A DNA stretch of 64,000 bases from a virus: positions 12,490 through 76,489 of IMG/VR virus record IMGVR_UViG_3300036790_000811. One strand, 5' to 3'. Position 1 is the stretch's first letter; each line of letters opens with the position of its first letter. Of the stretch, positions 18,672 to 28,286 are shown piece after piece. The notes under the pieces were generated by a model. That model saw only the letters and a list, made by a program, of their open reading frames with translations, did not search any database and was not told the origin of the DNA. The translations under genes and the position numbers were made by a program.

Positions 18672-19001
18672 GTGGCGATTGCCGCTGCGTGGCAACTCTC
18701 GACCGTTGTGACCACTACGGTCAATACTTTTTACACCGTCCCGTCTGCGGGTACGGCCCCCTACGGGGCCTATGCCCGGGATCTGGTCGTCAACAATGGC
18801 GGGGGTAATACCCTGTTCATTACCATGAACCCGTCATCTACGACCTGCACTAGTGCGGCTAGCTTTGCGATCCCGCCGGGTGGTTCGGTTATCCTGACTC
18901 AGTGCCAGGTGCCGGCAGCCTCGGTGATCGGTGTCGCGTGCGCCGGGACGCTCAGCACGTTGGCCAACATCGGCTTCGGTACCAACGTCAGCTACATCTA
19001 A
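18672..19001 (+). CDS. Putative head decoration/structural protein
   Basis: AAGGAG RBS; small and beta-rich. Confidence 0.75.
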   Translation: MAIAAAWQLSTVVTTTVNTFYTVPSAGTAPYGAYARDLVVNNGGGNTLFITMNPSSTTCTSAASFAIPPGGSVILTQCQVPAASVIGVACAGTLSTLANIGFGTNVSYI

Positions 19002-19010
19002 GGAGCCCTT

Positions 19011-19511
19011 ATGGCCTACTTCGGCCCAGGGGTCCCGAACAATGTAAACCTGACCCCCACCGCAATGCTGGTGTTCACGCCCAATCCGAGCGCGAACTCC
19101 ACGGTTCGGATCGTCAATCAGGGCAGCTCCACGGTCTACGTGGGGGGTGCGAATGTGTCCGCGAACAGCGGCATTCCCGTCGCCCCTCTTGCCCGCATCG
19201 AGCTACCCGTCATGAACACCTCGCTGTACGCCGCCGGGTCCTACGGCCCCTCCACAGCGTCCAGTACCACGCTGGCGGCGGCCACTACGGCGGCCACCAC
19301 AGCCATCACCACGGCGGCTTCCGTTCCCACGGGATCCACCCTGCTGATCGGCAACGGCAGCGGCACGGAGTTCGCCACCGTCACGGTCGGCGGCACGACC
19401 GTGGGTACGAGTCCGCTGCTTTACGACCACGCCTCCGGCGCGGCAGTGAAGTACGTGAATCCCGTCATCGGACTACTTCAGGTCCAGGGCGGCACGTCCG
19501 GTATTGCCTGA
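19011..19511 (+). CDS. Putative structural protein (Thr/Ala-rich)
   Basis: AAGGAG RBS; IVNQGSSTVYVG motif. Confidence 0.75.
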   Translation: MAYFGPGVPNNVNLTPTAMLVFTPNPSANSTVRIVNQGSSTVYVGGANVSANSGIPVAPLARIELPVMNTSLYAAGSYGPSTASSTTLAAATTAATTAITTAASVPTGSTLLIGNGSGTEFATVTVGGTTVGTSPLLYDHASGAAVKYVNPVIGLLQVQGGTSGIA

Positions 19512-19554
19512 CGGAACTGTCCCGTTAAAGGCGTAGTGTAATTCCCGAACAGCG

Positions 19555-19591
19555 AGAGACTCCTGGCACTGCCCTCGTGCCAGGAGTCTCT
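19555..19591. terminator. 15-bp perfect hairpin before the sugar cluster
   Basis: AGAGACTCCTGGCAC-7 nt-GTGCCAGGAGTCTCT. Confidence 0.6.
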
Positions 19592-19611
19592 TCCAGGAAA
19601 GGGTTATGTGA

Positions 19612-20616
19612 GTGAAGATCTTCGTGACCGGCATCGCCGGTTTTCTCGGGGCGCACATTGCTCGTGAGGCGATAGACCGGGGCTGGGAAGTCACCGGGAT
19701 CGACAGCATGCTCTCGGCGGTTGACGATACGCTTGAAGGTGCCGAATGGAAGAGGACGGACTGTCGAGATGCCGACAGTTATGCGGATCTGATTCACGAT
19801 GTAGATGTCGTTTATCACTGCGCAGCAGCTCCCTATGAGGGACTTTCGGTCTTTTCTCCCCAGATCGTTTTCGAGAACACCCTGCTTTCTACCGTTGGTC
19901 TTCTCCGGGCGTCGGTGAATGCTGGAGCGCGCCGATTCATCTTCGCTTCCTCCATGTCCCGTTACGGTCATGGAGCACCCCCTTTCACTGAAGAGACGTC
20001 GTCGGTCCCCGTTGATCCATACGGAGTGGCGAAGGTCTCGGCCGAGAACGCAGTGAAGAACATCTGTGACCTGCACGGCCTGGAATGGGTCATCGCAGTT
20101 CCGCATAACGTCTACGGCCCCGGCCAGCGATACTGGGATCCGTACCGCAATGTTCCGGCGATTATGGTCAATCGGGTGTTGCAGGGCAAGCCGCCGGTCG
20201 TCTACGGAAACGGTTCACAACGCCGGTCACTGTCCTATGTGGCCGATGTCAGTGTCCCGATGATCGCCATGGCGGATCACCCTCACGCTCCCGGCGAGAT
20301 CTTCAACGTGGGACCCGGCGGGGCGGGTGTTACGATCGCAGAGCTGGCGGAGAAGATCATCCGGCTGGCGAACGTGGACTTCGATCCCGAGTACTATCCT
20401 GATCGTCCGAGTGAGGTGCGCTACGCCTTCTGTTCAGACGAGAAGACCCGGAACGTTCTCGGCTATGAGTGCCAGTGGACCCTGGAGGCGGGACTGGAGA
20501 AGCTTATCGCCTATATCGCCGAAAAGGGTCCCCGGCCGTTTGACTACCATCTCCCGCTGGAGATCACCAATACTCCGCTTCAGACGCCGCGTACGTGGAC
20601 CGAGAGACTGATGTAG
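19612..20616 (+). CDS. NAD-dependent nucleotide-sugar epimerase/dehydratase (extended SDR)
   Basis: VTGIAGFLG, YGVAK, NVYGPGQ. Confidence 0.93.
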   Translation: MKIFVTGIAGFLGAHIAREAIDRGWEVTGIDSMLSAVDDTLEGAEWKRTDCRDADSYADLIHDVDVVYHCAAAPYEGLSVFSPQIVFENTLLSTVGLLRASVNAGARRFIFASSMSRYGHGAPPFTEETSSVPVDPYGVAKVSAENAVKNICDLHGLEWVIAVPHNVYGPGQRYWDPYRNVPAIMVNRVLQGKPPVVYGNGSQRRSLSYVADVSVPMIAMADHPHAPGEIFNVGPGGAGVTIAELAEKIIRLANVDFDPEYYPDRPSEVRYAFCSDEKTRNVLGYECQWTLEAGLEKLIAYIAEKGPRPFDYHLPLEITNTPLQTPRTWTERLM

Positions 20617-21707
20617 TGGAACGTATCCGTTACGGCGGGATCATCGCGGGAGGCGAGGAAATTGCTGCGGTTACCGAGGTTCTCAAAGGCCAGGAGTGGG
20701 CTTCCGGAGCCAAGGTCGCAGAATTCGAGGAAAAGGCCGCCGGGTGGCAGGGATGCCGTCGCGCACTTTTTGTCAATTCCGGGTCCTCGGCGCTACTGCT
20801 TGCGATGTCTGTTCTTCCGGAACATTCCCGGATCGCGATGCCAGCACTTCAGTTTCCCACGCTTTACAGTGCCGCAGTCCGGATCGGGCATATCCCGGTG
20901 CTCGTGGACATTGACGACACCCTGAACATGGATCCGGCCCGATTGGACGAGGTGACCGGAAGCGTTGATGCCGTGGCTTTCGTTCACATGGCTGGCAATC
21001 CGGCGAACATCAGGGAAGTACGCGATATCTGCGCTCGGCACGGTCTCCTTCTGATTGAGGACGTTTGCGAGGCTCTCGGGGCTTCCGATGATGGCATCAG
21101 GGCAGGAAAAGTCGGACTCGTCTCCGCTGTCTCTACCCATGGGGCTCATCACATCTGCACCGGGGAGGGCGGTCTCGCTTTCACCGACGATGAAGCCGCT
21201 TACCAGAAGATGCGGCGCATTCGCGACTGGGGTCGCGCTTACGGAACTTTCGAGATTCCGGGATACTACGAGCATTACATCTTCTCGGAGCTAGGCTTCA
21301 ATCTCCACGCAAGTGACATTCAGGCCGCATTGGGGATCGTCCAGCTCGATCGTGCCGGAGGATTCATCGAGCGGCGCAGGGAAAACTGGGATCACCTGCG
21401 GCACGAGATTCGGGAAATGCCCATAGAACTTCCCCGGACAGGTACCGATCCGTCATGGTTTGCCTTTCCGATGCTGGTTCCGGAAAGACGCGCGGAGTTT
21501 ATCTCCCACCTGGAAAACTCGGATATCGAATGCCGGACTATTGTCGCGGGAAACATGCCCCGACAACCAATTTGCAATGACAATCCGGAGCGCTTTCCAT
21601 TTGCGGACAAGTGGTTCCATCGCGGATTGTGGATCAGTGTTCATCCCCGGATTACACCCGAGCAGATAGCGTACGCCGGAGAGAAGGTCAGGGAGTTCTG
21701 GGCGTGA
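20595..21707 (+). CDS. DegT/DnrJ-fold PLP enzyme with His at the catalytic Lys position (ColD/RfbH-like sugar C3-dehydratase); start possibly GTG 20616
   Basis: VNSGSSA, IEDVCEALG, STHGAHHICTGEGG, RDWGR. Confidence 0.88.
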   Translation: MDRETDVVERIRYGGIIAGGEEIAAVTEVLKGQEWASGAKVAEFEEKAAGWQGCRRALFVNSGSSALLLAMSVLPEHSRIAMPALQFPTLYSAAVRIGHIPVLVDIDDTLNMDPARLDEVTGSVDAVAFVHMAGNPANIREVRDICARHGLLLIEDVCEALGASDDGIRAGKVGLVSAVSTHGAHHICTGEGGLAFTDDEAAYQKMRRIRDWGRAYGTFEIPGYYEHYIFSELGFNLHASDIQAALGIVQLDRAGGFIERRRENWDHLRHEIREMPIELPRTGTDPSWFAFPMLVPERRAEFISHLENSDIECRTIVAGNMPRQPICNDNPERFPFADKWFHRGLWISVHPRITPEQIAYAGEKVREFWA

Positions 21708-22369
21708 CACGCGTTTCGGTTCTACTGACTACCTATAATCGCCCCGCAATGCTCGAAGAGGCTGTTCAGTCGGTACTGACACAGACATACACCGACTATG
21801 AACTGTTCATCCTTGATGACAATTCTTCCCTTTCTGAACAGCATGCCCTGATCGCTGGGTACTGGAACGATCCCCGTGTGCGCGTCTACAAGGACAACGT
21901 TTCCCGGGAGCGACGACGTGACCGTGTTCGCTATGCGACCATGATTAACGTGGGTCTCCAGCTCGCACGAGGGGAGTACATCACTTACCTGTGCGATGAC
22001 GACCTGTTCTTGCCCGACCGGCTGGAGACGATGACTGCCCGGCTAGACCAGGGCGACTGTCAGGTGGTCTACGGGGAACAGCAGATGGAGAATTACCGGG
22101 GCGCAGATCGCGGTATCCGTTTCCAAGCTGCTGGGGTTCTGGAAAACGCCTACGGCGTGGACCACTCCTCGGTCATGCACACCAAGGGTGCCTCCGATGC
22201 CGTCGGAGGCTGGGACGACAATCCCGGTCGCTGGCATGACGCCGATGCTGCATTCTGGGCACGTCTGACAAGTGCGGGATATCATTTTCATCCAGTAAAC
22301 AAGGTTACCGATATCCATCGGTTCCATGATGCCTCAGTGCAATCATCGGGATACGGCAGGGATTTTTAA
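21704..22369 (+). CDS. Glycosyltransferase family 2
   Basis: VSVLLTTYNRP…ILDDNS…YLCDDD; GTG overlapping the upstream stop. Confidence 0.9.
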   Translation: MTRVSVLLTTYNRPAMLEEAVQSVLTQTYTDYELFILDDNSSLSEQHALIAGYWNDPRVRVYKDNVSRERRRDRVRYATMINVGLQLARGEYITYLCDDDLFLPDRLETMTARLDQGDCQVVYGEQQMENYRGADRGIRFQAAGVLENAYGVDHSSVMHTKGASDAVGGWDDNPGRWHDADAAFWARLTSAGYHFHPVNKVTDIHRFHDASVQSSGYGRDF

Positions 22370-22399
22370 TGCAATTCAGTACTGACAGTGGAGGGTCCA

Positions 22400-23140
22400 A
22401 TGACTAATAGGGCTTTTGTTACCTACGCTGTCGGTGAAGGCGGTACAGGCACGATCACCCTATTCAATCAGCAATCAGTTACTCTCAATACTGTTACCGG
22501 AGATTACACTCTCGGATGCATGTTTTCGCTAAGTGAAGATATGCCCCTTGCTGGTATCTGGTGGTACTCACCTACCGGCGATACGAATCTTCCGACAGCA
22601 TCCGTTATCTACAATGCCGAGACTGAGTCGGAAGTGGCCGGTACGCTAAACGCTTCTCCTGCCTGGTCTGGGGTGGCAGGCTCCGGGTGGATCAGGTGCG
22701 ACTATTCCGGCAGCGGCGTGACTTTGTCATCTGACGTGAATTACATAGCCTGTATTGTCCATAGCGGACTTCTTCAGGCTACCTCCAACTACTGGACGAC
22801 GGGTACAGGCGCATCCGGTATCACCAGTGGCCCACTATCGGCACCGAATTACTCTTCGTCGGGAAATCTTCAGGATTCGTACGTATTTTCTTCCAGTACT
22901 CCTGATTTTCCGACCGATTCAGATGGCAGTAATTACTGGGTGGACGTTGAGGTCGGAACTCCGGCACTGCCTGTAAATGCGCAAGCGGTTATTGTCGGGC
23001 CAGACGGATCTTTTATCGATAATCTGTCCGTGACAACCCAGCTTAGCTATAACTACGAGAAATGGCAGGTGGAGAACAATCTTGCCGTCGCCCTTCGCGA
23101 AGCAGCCGAAGACGATACTCTCGGCGTAGTTTTCCTGTAA
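22400..23140 (+). CDS. DUF4082-like domain virion protein
   Basis: YTLG..F…GIWWY…FPT…SNYWVDV motif; GGAGG RBS. Confidence 0.7.
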   Translation: MTNRAFVTYAVGEGGTGTITLFNQQSVTLNTVTGDYTLGCMFSLSEDMPLAGIWWYSPTGDTNLPTASVIYNAETESEVAGTLNASPAWSGVAGSGWIRCDYSGSGVTLSSDVNYIACIVHSGLLQATSNYWTTGTGASGITSGPLSAPNYSSSGNLQDSYVFSSSTPDFPTDSDGSNYWVDVEVGTPALPVNAQAVIVGPDGSFIDNLSVTTQLSYNYEKWQVENNLAVALREAAEDDTLGVVFL

Positions 23141-23167
23141 TTTTCCAACCTAGAAGAGGAGTGGCGA

Positions 23168-23872
23168 ATGAGTCTTCTGGTAATAGTCCCGACGCGCACC
23201 CGCAAGGCCCAGTGTGAGCGCCTCATCGAATCCTTCGAGAAGACGACCGACTCCGCTGAGCTGCTTTTCGTCGTAGACGGCGATGACGACAGCTATGAGA
23301 CGATGGACTGGCGCGGTCACTCCTCCTCGACAATGTCCCCGAGGGGAAGTCTCGCCCAGAAGCTGAACCACACCGTGGATGCGGTGCTCGATAAATTTGA
23401 TCAGATCATGTGGACCGGCGATGACCATGAGTTCGTCACCGAGCACTGGGATACTCTCCTCCTGGAAACGCTGGAAAAGCATGGCGGCTCAGGCTGGGTC
23501 TATCCCGACAACGGCAGGCGCAAGGATGTTCCGGAGAGCTGGCTGTGCTCCTCCGACGTCATCCGGGAGCTGAACTGGTATGCGAACCCGATTCTCCAGC
23601 ACTACTACATCGATAACTCGATTGCCGTGCTGGGCAAGCGCACTGGTCTTATGTATTACGCACCGGACGTGAAGATTCCCCATCATCACTACTCGGTGGA
23701 CAAGCAGACCGAGTACGACGCGCTTTACAAGGAAACCGAGACCTCGTTCGGGCAAGCGGATGCTCAGGCATTTGCCACGTGGCACAACAGTCCGATGGCG
23801 TCGGGCGACGTCTCACGCCTGCGCCGCAAGTTTAATTCCGATGTAGCTTGGGCCATAGAGAAGGTGGCGTAA
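23168..23872 (+). CDS. Glycosyltransferase (GT-A fold, phage type)
   Basis: LVIVPTRTR…VVDGDD…WTGDDH…HYYIDN. Confidence 0.85.
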   Translation: MSLLVIVPTRTRKAQCERLIESFEKTTDSAELLFVVDGDDDSYETMDWRGHSSSTMSPRGSLAQKLNHTVDAVLDKFDQIMWTGDDHEFVTEHWDTLLLETLEKHGGSGWVYPDNGRRKDVPESWLCSSDVIRELNWYANPILQHYYIDNSIAVLGKRTGLMYYAPDVKIPHHHYSVDKQTEYDALYKETETSFGQADAQAFATWHNSPMASGDVSRLRRKFNSDVAWAIEKVA

Positions 23873-24142
23873 ATGGCGATCTCAACTGGCGTGAGCAGTA
23901 CTGCCGCCGGATTCCTGTGTACCGTTCCCCCCGGTCCCTGCACGGTTGTTCTCTCTGCCGCCGGAACTGGCACTACGGCGTACGTCAGCCCGAGTACGGC
24001 AAGTGCCGCTACGGCATCCACAGTCGGAGTGGCTGTGAACGCGGGAGCGTCTCCGGTTACTTTCAGCACCTATCCAGGCTCCAAGGGATGCAACCTGTAT
24101 GCCTCCGGTGCGGTTACCTACCTCATCTCGACGGACGCCTGA
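23873..24142 (+). CDS. Small structural-like protein
   Basis: Abuts the upstream stop; Ser/Thr/Ala-rich. Confidence 0.7.
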   Translation: MAISTGVSSTAAGFLCTVPPGPCTVVLSAAGTGTTAYVSPSTASAATASTVGVAVNAGASPVTFSTYPGSKGCNLYASGAVTYLISTDA

Positions 24143-24143
24143 T

Positions 24144-24503
24144 ATGGCAAAGATATTTCTTCCCCCGGGGTGCATGGGCGTAGGCGACGGAGATGACAAG
24201 CGCATGGCCAACAAGCCCGGTGGTCACCTCACGCTTGACGACAGCGATCCCCGCGACGCGAAGATCCTCCGCAAGCTTCAGAACCAGGACTACGCACAGG
24301 CGGGACTCGTGGACGCAGGACCGGAGAAGTTCGCCGTACGGAACACCCAGGCCGAGGGCCGCTGGTGCCGCACCTGCGGTCGCCTCTGGCATGCATGGGC
24401 GAAGATCTGCTCCAAGTGCGGCCAGGAGACCGTTCTCGAATCCGAGATGGACCGGACGCTCCCCGAGGGCCAGTACGCGCCCTTCGGGCCTGTCGCCAAC
24501 TGA
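24144..24503 (+). CDS. Zinc-ribbon hypothetical protein
   Basis: Start refined to MAKIFLPPG; CRTC…CSKC. Confidence 0.75.
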   Translation: MAKIFLPPGCMGVGDGDDKRMANKPGGHLTLDDSDPRDAKILRKLQNQDYAQAGLVDAGPEKFAVRNTQAEGRWCRTCGRLWHAWAKICSKCGQETVLESEMDRTLPEGQYAPFGPVAN

Positions 24504-24506
24504 AAA

Positions 24507-24541
24507 GACCACCCGCACAGGGGCCATCCGTGCGGGTGGTC
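24507..24541. terminator. Bidirectional terminator between convergent genes
   Basis: GACCACCCGCAC…GTGCGGGTGGTC. Confidence 0.7.
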
Positions 24542-24545
24542 GCTC

Positions 24546-24923
24546 TCAACTGAGGGGATAGAGCGCGTCCTCGTCGTAGGCGTTCACGTGGTAATCCCGA
24601 ACCGTGAACTTCCTGCGCTCGATGAACGGGATGTCGCTGGCGGTACCCTTCTTCGCCCACCCCAGCTGTTCGCGAATCTCCAGCTTGACCAGCTCGTAGC
24701 GTTCTGACCACAGGTCCCGGTTGTACTTCGCCGTCCGGAGCATCTCGGCAGCTTCGGGGCCCAGTTCCTTCGCGGACTCCTTGATCTCCGGGTAGGTCTC
24801 CTTCAGCCGGCCGGTCTCGCTCTTGACCCACTTGACCAGGCTCACCCCCGGAGGGCGGCGCAGCAGTAGGAGCTGGCTCGGGTAGTCCTCGGTCACTTCA
24901 GTCCGCTGGCGGATCGTCTTCAT
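24546..24923 (-). CDS. Hypothetical protein (MKTIRQRTEV…)
   Basis: GAAAGGAAG RBS; ATG overlapping the upstream gene end; GC-rich codon usage. Confidence 0.75.
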   Translation of the reverse strand: MKTIRQRTEVTEDYPSQLLLLRRPPGVSLVKWVKSETGRLKETYPEIKESAKELGPEAAEMLRTAKYNRDLWSERYELVKLEIREQLGWAKKGTASDIPFIERRKFTVRDYHVNAYDEDALYPLS

Positions 24924-25204
24924 CGGTTTCTTCCTTTCATCGCTATCGGCGTGACGGGATCGCAGCAGTTCAGCCAGGAGCAGCTGGTCCCGTCCTCGAA
25001 GTACAGGGTGTCCTTGTCCGAGGCCACCCATATGACCTGGTGAATATAGCTTCCGTGGACCCGGACGTAATCTCCGGGCTTCGGGCGATTGCGAGTCCAC
25101 TGCACGTTGCGCCAGGTAGCGCGCGGTGCCAGGACCCAGGGCCAGATCAGCCGTTCTGTCTTCAGCACCCCCGGAACGTGCCGTTCGAGCCACCACCACA
25201 TCAT
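24920..25204 (-). CDS. Hypothetical protein
   Basis: AAGGA RBS downstream of a sigma70-type promoter. Confidence 0.7.
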   Translation of the reverse strand: MMWWWLERHVPGVLKTERLIWPWVLAPRATWRNVQWTRNRPKPGDYVRVHGSYIHQVIWVASDKDTLYFEDGTSCSWLNCCDPVTPIAMKGRNR

Positions 25205-25221
25205 TCATCCTTTCCCCTCCG

Positions 25222-25251
25222 ACGCTATCCCGGCGTCGGTGTTTTTGTCAA
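25222..25251 (-). promoter_or_regulatory. Sigma70/HrdB-type promoter for the two-gene antisense insert
   Basis: TTGACA-18 nt-TAGCGT. Confidence 0.7.
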
Positions 25252-25286
25252 CGCCCTTGCGAGGGCAGGTATTCCGGAGGAAGCCC

Positions 25287-25988
25287 ATGACCCTCTATGC
25301 ACGCTCGGACCTGATGAGCGTGAGCGTTCCAGTCAGCAGCGGCGGCTGTGGAGTTGGCCACTCAAGGTCAGTGACCCAAGGCGCACCTGCGAAGGAGTGG
25401 AAGCTCCAGTGCCCCTCGTGCGAGTCCTTCCTCAAGGGAGGCGGGCGCACGACCCTGAAATACACCCCCGGCGACCTCAAGAACGGCATCACTCCCACGC
25501 AGGAGCGCGTCGCGGACTGCGACCCCTGCTGGAGCACGAGCCCCGAAGCCATTCCGCTGACCCCTGATGAGTCCCGGGTGTCGGCCACCCGAGCCGAGCG
25601 CGGTGCTCAGCAGATCCAGATGATCCAGGCTCTCGCGGCCCTGCGGTCCACCGGAATCGAGGTTCCGGCTGAGGCCATGTGGCTGCTGGAGCGTGAGCTC
25701 CCGGATTCTCTCGTCAAGGGCAAGATCCTGTGTGCTGCCGGTCACGAGAACGTGGCGGGCGCCAAGTTCTGCGCCGAGTGCGGCACGTCGATGTCGGTCC
25801 GTGCCGCCGTGGAGGCGCCGAAGATCCCGGAGCCCCGCGAGGAACCGCGTCAGGAGCCGAAGCAGAACACCTGGACCGCTGACCAGCTGGACAAGCTGCA
25901 CGGCATGACCCTGAAGAAGATGTGCCGGGAACGCGGCCTGCCTGACACGGGCGGCCGGGAAGCAGTAATCAAGCGTCTGTCAGCCTAG
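25287..25988 (+). CDS. Zinc-ribbon protein with a C-terminal SAP-like motif
   Basis: GGAGG RBS; CAAGH…KFCAECG; LKKMCRERGLPDTGGREAVIKRL. Confidence 0.8.
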   Translation: MTLYARSDLMSVSVPVSSGGCGVGHSRSVTQGAPAKEWKLQCPSCESFLKGGGRTTLKYTPGDLKNGITPTQERVADCDPCWSTSPEAIPLTPDESRVSATRAERGAQQIQMIQALAALRSTGIEVPAEAMWLLERELPDSLVKGKILCAAGHENVAGAKFCAECGTSMSVRAAVEAPKIPEPREEPRQEPKQNTWTADQLDKLHGMTLKKMCRERGLPDTGGREAVIKRLSA

Positions 25989-25995
25989 GAGCGCG

Positions 25996-26175
25996 ATGTC
26001 GAGAGCAGCCGGACTGTGCAAATTGTGCGGCGGGCCCAAGCGGGGCCGGGCGGCACGGACGGCTGCTCCCATCGCCCAGTGCAGTGAATGCGGCGCGGAT
26101 ATCTGCCCGAAGCACGCTACGTGGCGTGATGACAGTTACATCTGCAAACGATGCGAGAGGGCATCCAAGACATGA
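25996..26175 (+). CDS. Small Cys-rich zinc-finger protein (59 aa)
   Basis: AGGAG RBS; CKLC…CSEC…ICPKH…CKRC; not in the ORF track. Confidence 0.7.
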   Translation: MSRAAGLCKLCGGPKRGRAARTAAPIAQCSECGADICPKHATWRDDSYICKRCERASKT

Positions 26176-27155
26176 CGATGCCAGTCCCGCTAGGGCTAAC
26201 CCCGTACATAAGCCCCGCCACGCTTACGCAGGCATCTACGGGTGTTGACTACAGCTCTATTCCCGCGACCCCGAACTTCGATCCCCAGGCCAACAACTCC
26301 GAGCTGTGGAACATCTGCCAGCGCGCTACGGCCATGGCGGACCAGTACTGCAACCAGGTACTCCGGGCGACACTGGATACCGAGGTCATGCGCGGTCCGG
26401 ACTACCGGGTCACCGTAGGTCCCCAGGCCGGGGGAGCCTACCCCACTCCCTACTGGGGGAATGCGGGATCGAACGCGCGAATGATCATGTCCCGCTGGCC
26501 GGTCCTCGCGGTCAACGGCATCAAGGTCAGCCCGAACAACTTCCCCCGCAACTGGGTAACGGTCCCGGCGAACAACTACGAGCCGGAGCTTCCCCCGTAC
26601 GGGATCTTCAATAGCGTGGCTCCCGGTGACGACGCCTACGGCGGCCAGGCCATCATCATGGGAGCCGGCTACGTCGGCTGGAACTACGGCCGAAACGGCT
26701 ATGTCCTCCAGGTCAGCTACACCAACGGCTGGCCGCATACCTCGCTGACGACCGTGGCACCCGCAGGAGCCGAGACCATCTCCGTGGCGGACACCACGGG
26801 CTGGGCCGTCAGCAACTACGAGGACACCGTAACGGGAGCCACGGGAGTTTTCAAGGACGGGGGACAGCAGGAGGCGGGGTCGGTCGTCTCCGCGTCCACC
26901 ACGTCCGGACCCGGCACCCTGACCCTGAGTTCCCCGCTCCAGTTCACTCATCAGGGCGGGGTCGTGTTCAGCACTCTTCCCGGGGCGATTGAGCAAGCCT
27001 GCATCCTGTTCGGTGCCGGACAGGCTCTCGTCCGGGGTGCCACTACGACCACCATTCACGCTATCGGGGGTCATGCCCAGTCCAGCGGGGCTGACTTCAG
27101 CGAGCTGAATCTTGAGGGCGAGATTTTGCTCCATCCCTTCCGTCGGAGTGTGTAA
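26172..27155 (+). CDS. Putative head-to-tail adaptor
   Basis: ATAMADQYCNQ…YTNGW…PGAIEQAC…ILLHPFRR pattern; position in the operon. Confidence 0.75.
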   Translation: MTMPVPLGLTPYISPATLTQASTGVDYSSIPATPNFDPQANNSELWNICQRATAMADQYCNQVLRATLDTEVMRGPDYRVTVGPQAGGAYPTPYWGNAGSNARMIMSRWPVLAVNGIKVSPNNFPRNWVTVPANNYEPELPPYGIFNSVAPGDDAYGGQAIIMGAGYVGWNYGRNGYVLQVSYTNGWPHTSLTTVAPAGAETISVADTTGWAVSNYEDTVTGATGVFKDGGQQEAGSVVSASTTSGPGTLTLSSPLQFTHQGGVVFSTLPGAIEQACILFGAGQALVRGATTTTIHAIGGHAQSSGADFSELNLEGEILLHPFRRSV

Positions 27156-27653
27156 GTGGCCGAGAGTGCGGCCAAGGTCGCGGCCCGCAAGCGCCGGGAG
27201 GCTATCCGTGCTGCTCAGCGCGCACGGGTCAGGGCTCAGCGCAAGGCCATCCGGGAGGCGGCCCGCAAGCAGCGGGACGCCGAGCGCCGCGCTGCCCGTG
27301 CCGTCGCAAGGGCTAAGCGTGAGGCAGCCCGCAGAGCCGCCCGCGCTGCGGCCAGGGCCTACCGGCATGATCTCCGGACCGATGCCCGCGCGATCCGCCG
27401 GGGAGCCGAGATCGAGGCCCGCGCCCGGAAGGCGGCGGTTTCCAACGCGAAATACCTGGCGAAGCGGAAGACAATAGCACAGGCGCGCCTCCGGCCGTTC
27501 CTCGGGCTGAACACGAAGATCGTCCCGTATCCCCGGGATCTGTCGGGACACGCCGGATGGCATACGCACTACAAGTCCGGGACGATTATCCGGGGCTTCT
27601 ACTCCACCTGGGGCGCACAGTCCCGCGACAGGGCTGACAACCCCTTCATCTGA
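27156..27653 (+). CDS. Very basic Arg/Ala-rich protein
   Basis: Long RA-rich helical N-terminus; abuts the upstream stop. Confidence 0.7.
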   Translation: MAESAAKVAARKRREAIRAAQRARVRAQRKAIREAARKQRDAERRAARAVARAKREAARRAARAAARAYRHDLRTDARAIRRGAEIEARARKAAVSNAKYLAKRKTIAQARLRPFLGLNTKIVPYPRDLSGHAGWHTHYKSGTIIRGFYSTWGAQSRDRADNPFI

Positions 27654-27698
27654 TTGCCGCTCATTATACGTAATGCTAAAATGACCCAGAGGTGACCC

Positions 27699-28286
27699 AT
27701 GCCCTTGGTGGTGGTCCAGTCGTTCATCAAGGGTCTTCTCGACGGACTCGAAATGCCGTACTCTCAGCCGGCTGCCCAGACGTACGTCACCCCCCCCGAT
27801 CCCCGGATTCAGTCTCGCATTCCCGCCATCTACATCTGGCCAGGGGAGGGCGAGGAAAACCGCTCCCAGGAACTCGGCGGTACGATCCCCCGCAATAGTG
27901 GCCCGAACACCCCTTCCGGGACCAAGGGCCAGCTGCACCAGATGAGCGTTTACCTCACCTGGTTCTCGGCCAATCAGGGCACCGAGGGCGACCCGATCTT
28001 TCCCGGGATGATCGACGCGGTGATGAGCGCCCTGAGATACTCCCAGCCGAACCCGGCGGAGATTACCGACCCGAATACGGGACTCACGTCCACGGTCTAC
28101 AACGTGGGCGAGACGATGCGCTATCACACAGGGCTGGAATCCACCGAGGATGAGCGCTGGCTCAGATACGACTGTCTTGTGGACGTGTCGGTCTGGGAAA
28201 TTATGCAAGCGTTATCCGTTAACTGGAGGCGTGTGAACACAGGGACCATTACGGTCACAGGAATTTCAATTAGGAGCGTGATCTGA
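27699..28286 (+). CDS. Putative tail terminator/completion protein
   Basis: Position before the major tail gene; PAIYIW motif; TTA after WEIMQA. Confidence 0.7.
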   Translation: MPLVVVQSFIKGLLDGLEMPYSQPAAQTYVTPPDPRIQSRIPAIYIWPGEGEENRSQELGGTIPRNSGPNTPSGTKGQLHQMSVYLTWFSANQGTEGDPIFPGMIDAVMSALRYSQPNPAEITDPNTGLTSTVYNVGETMRYHTGLESTEDERWLRYDCLVDVSVWEIMQALSVNWRRVNTGTITVTGISIRSVI

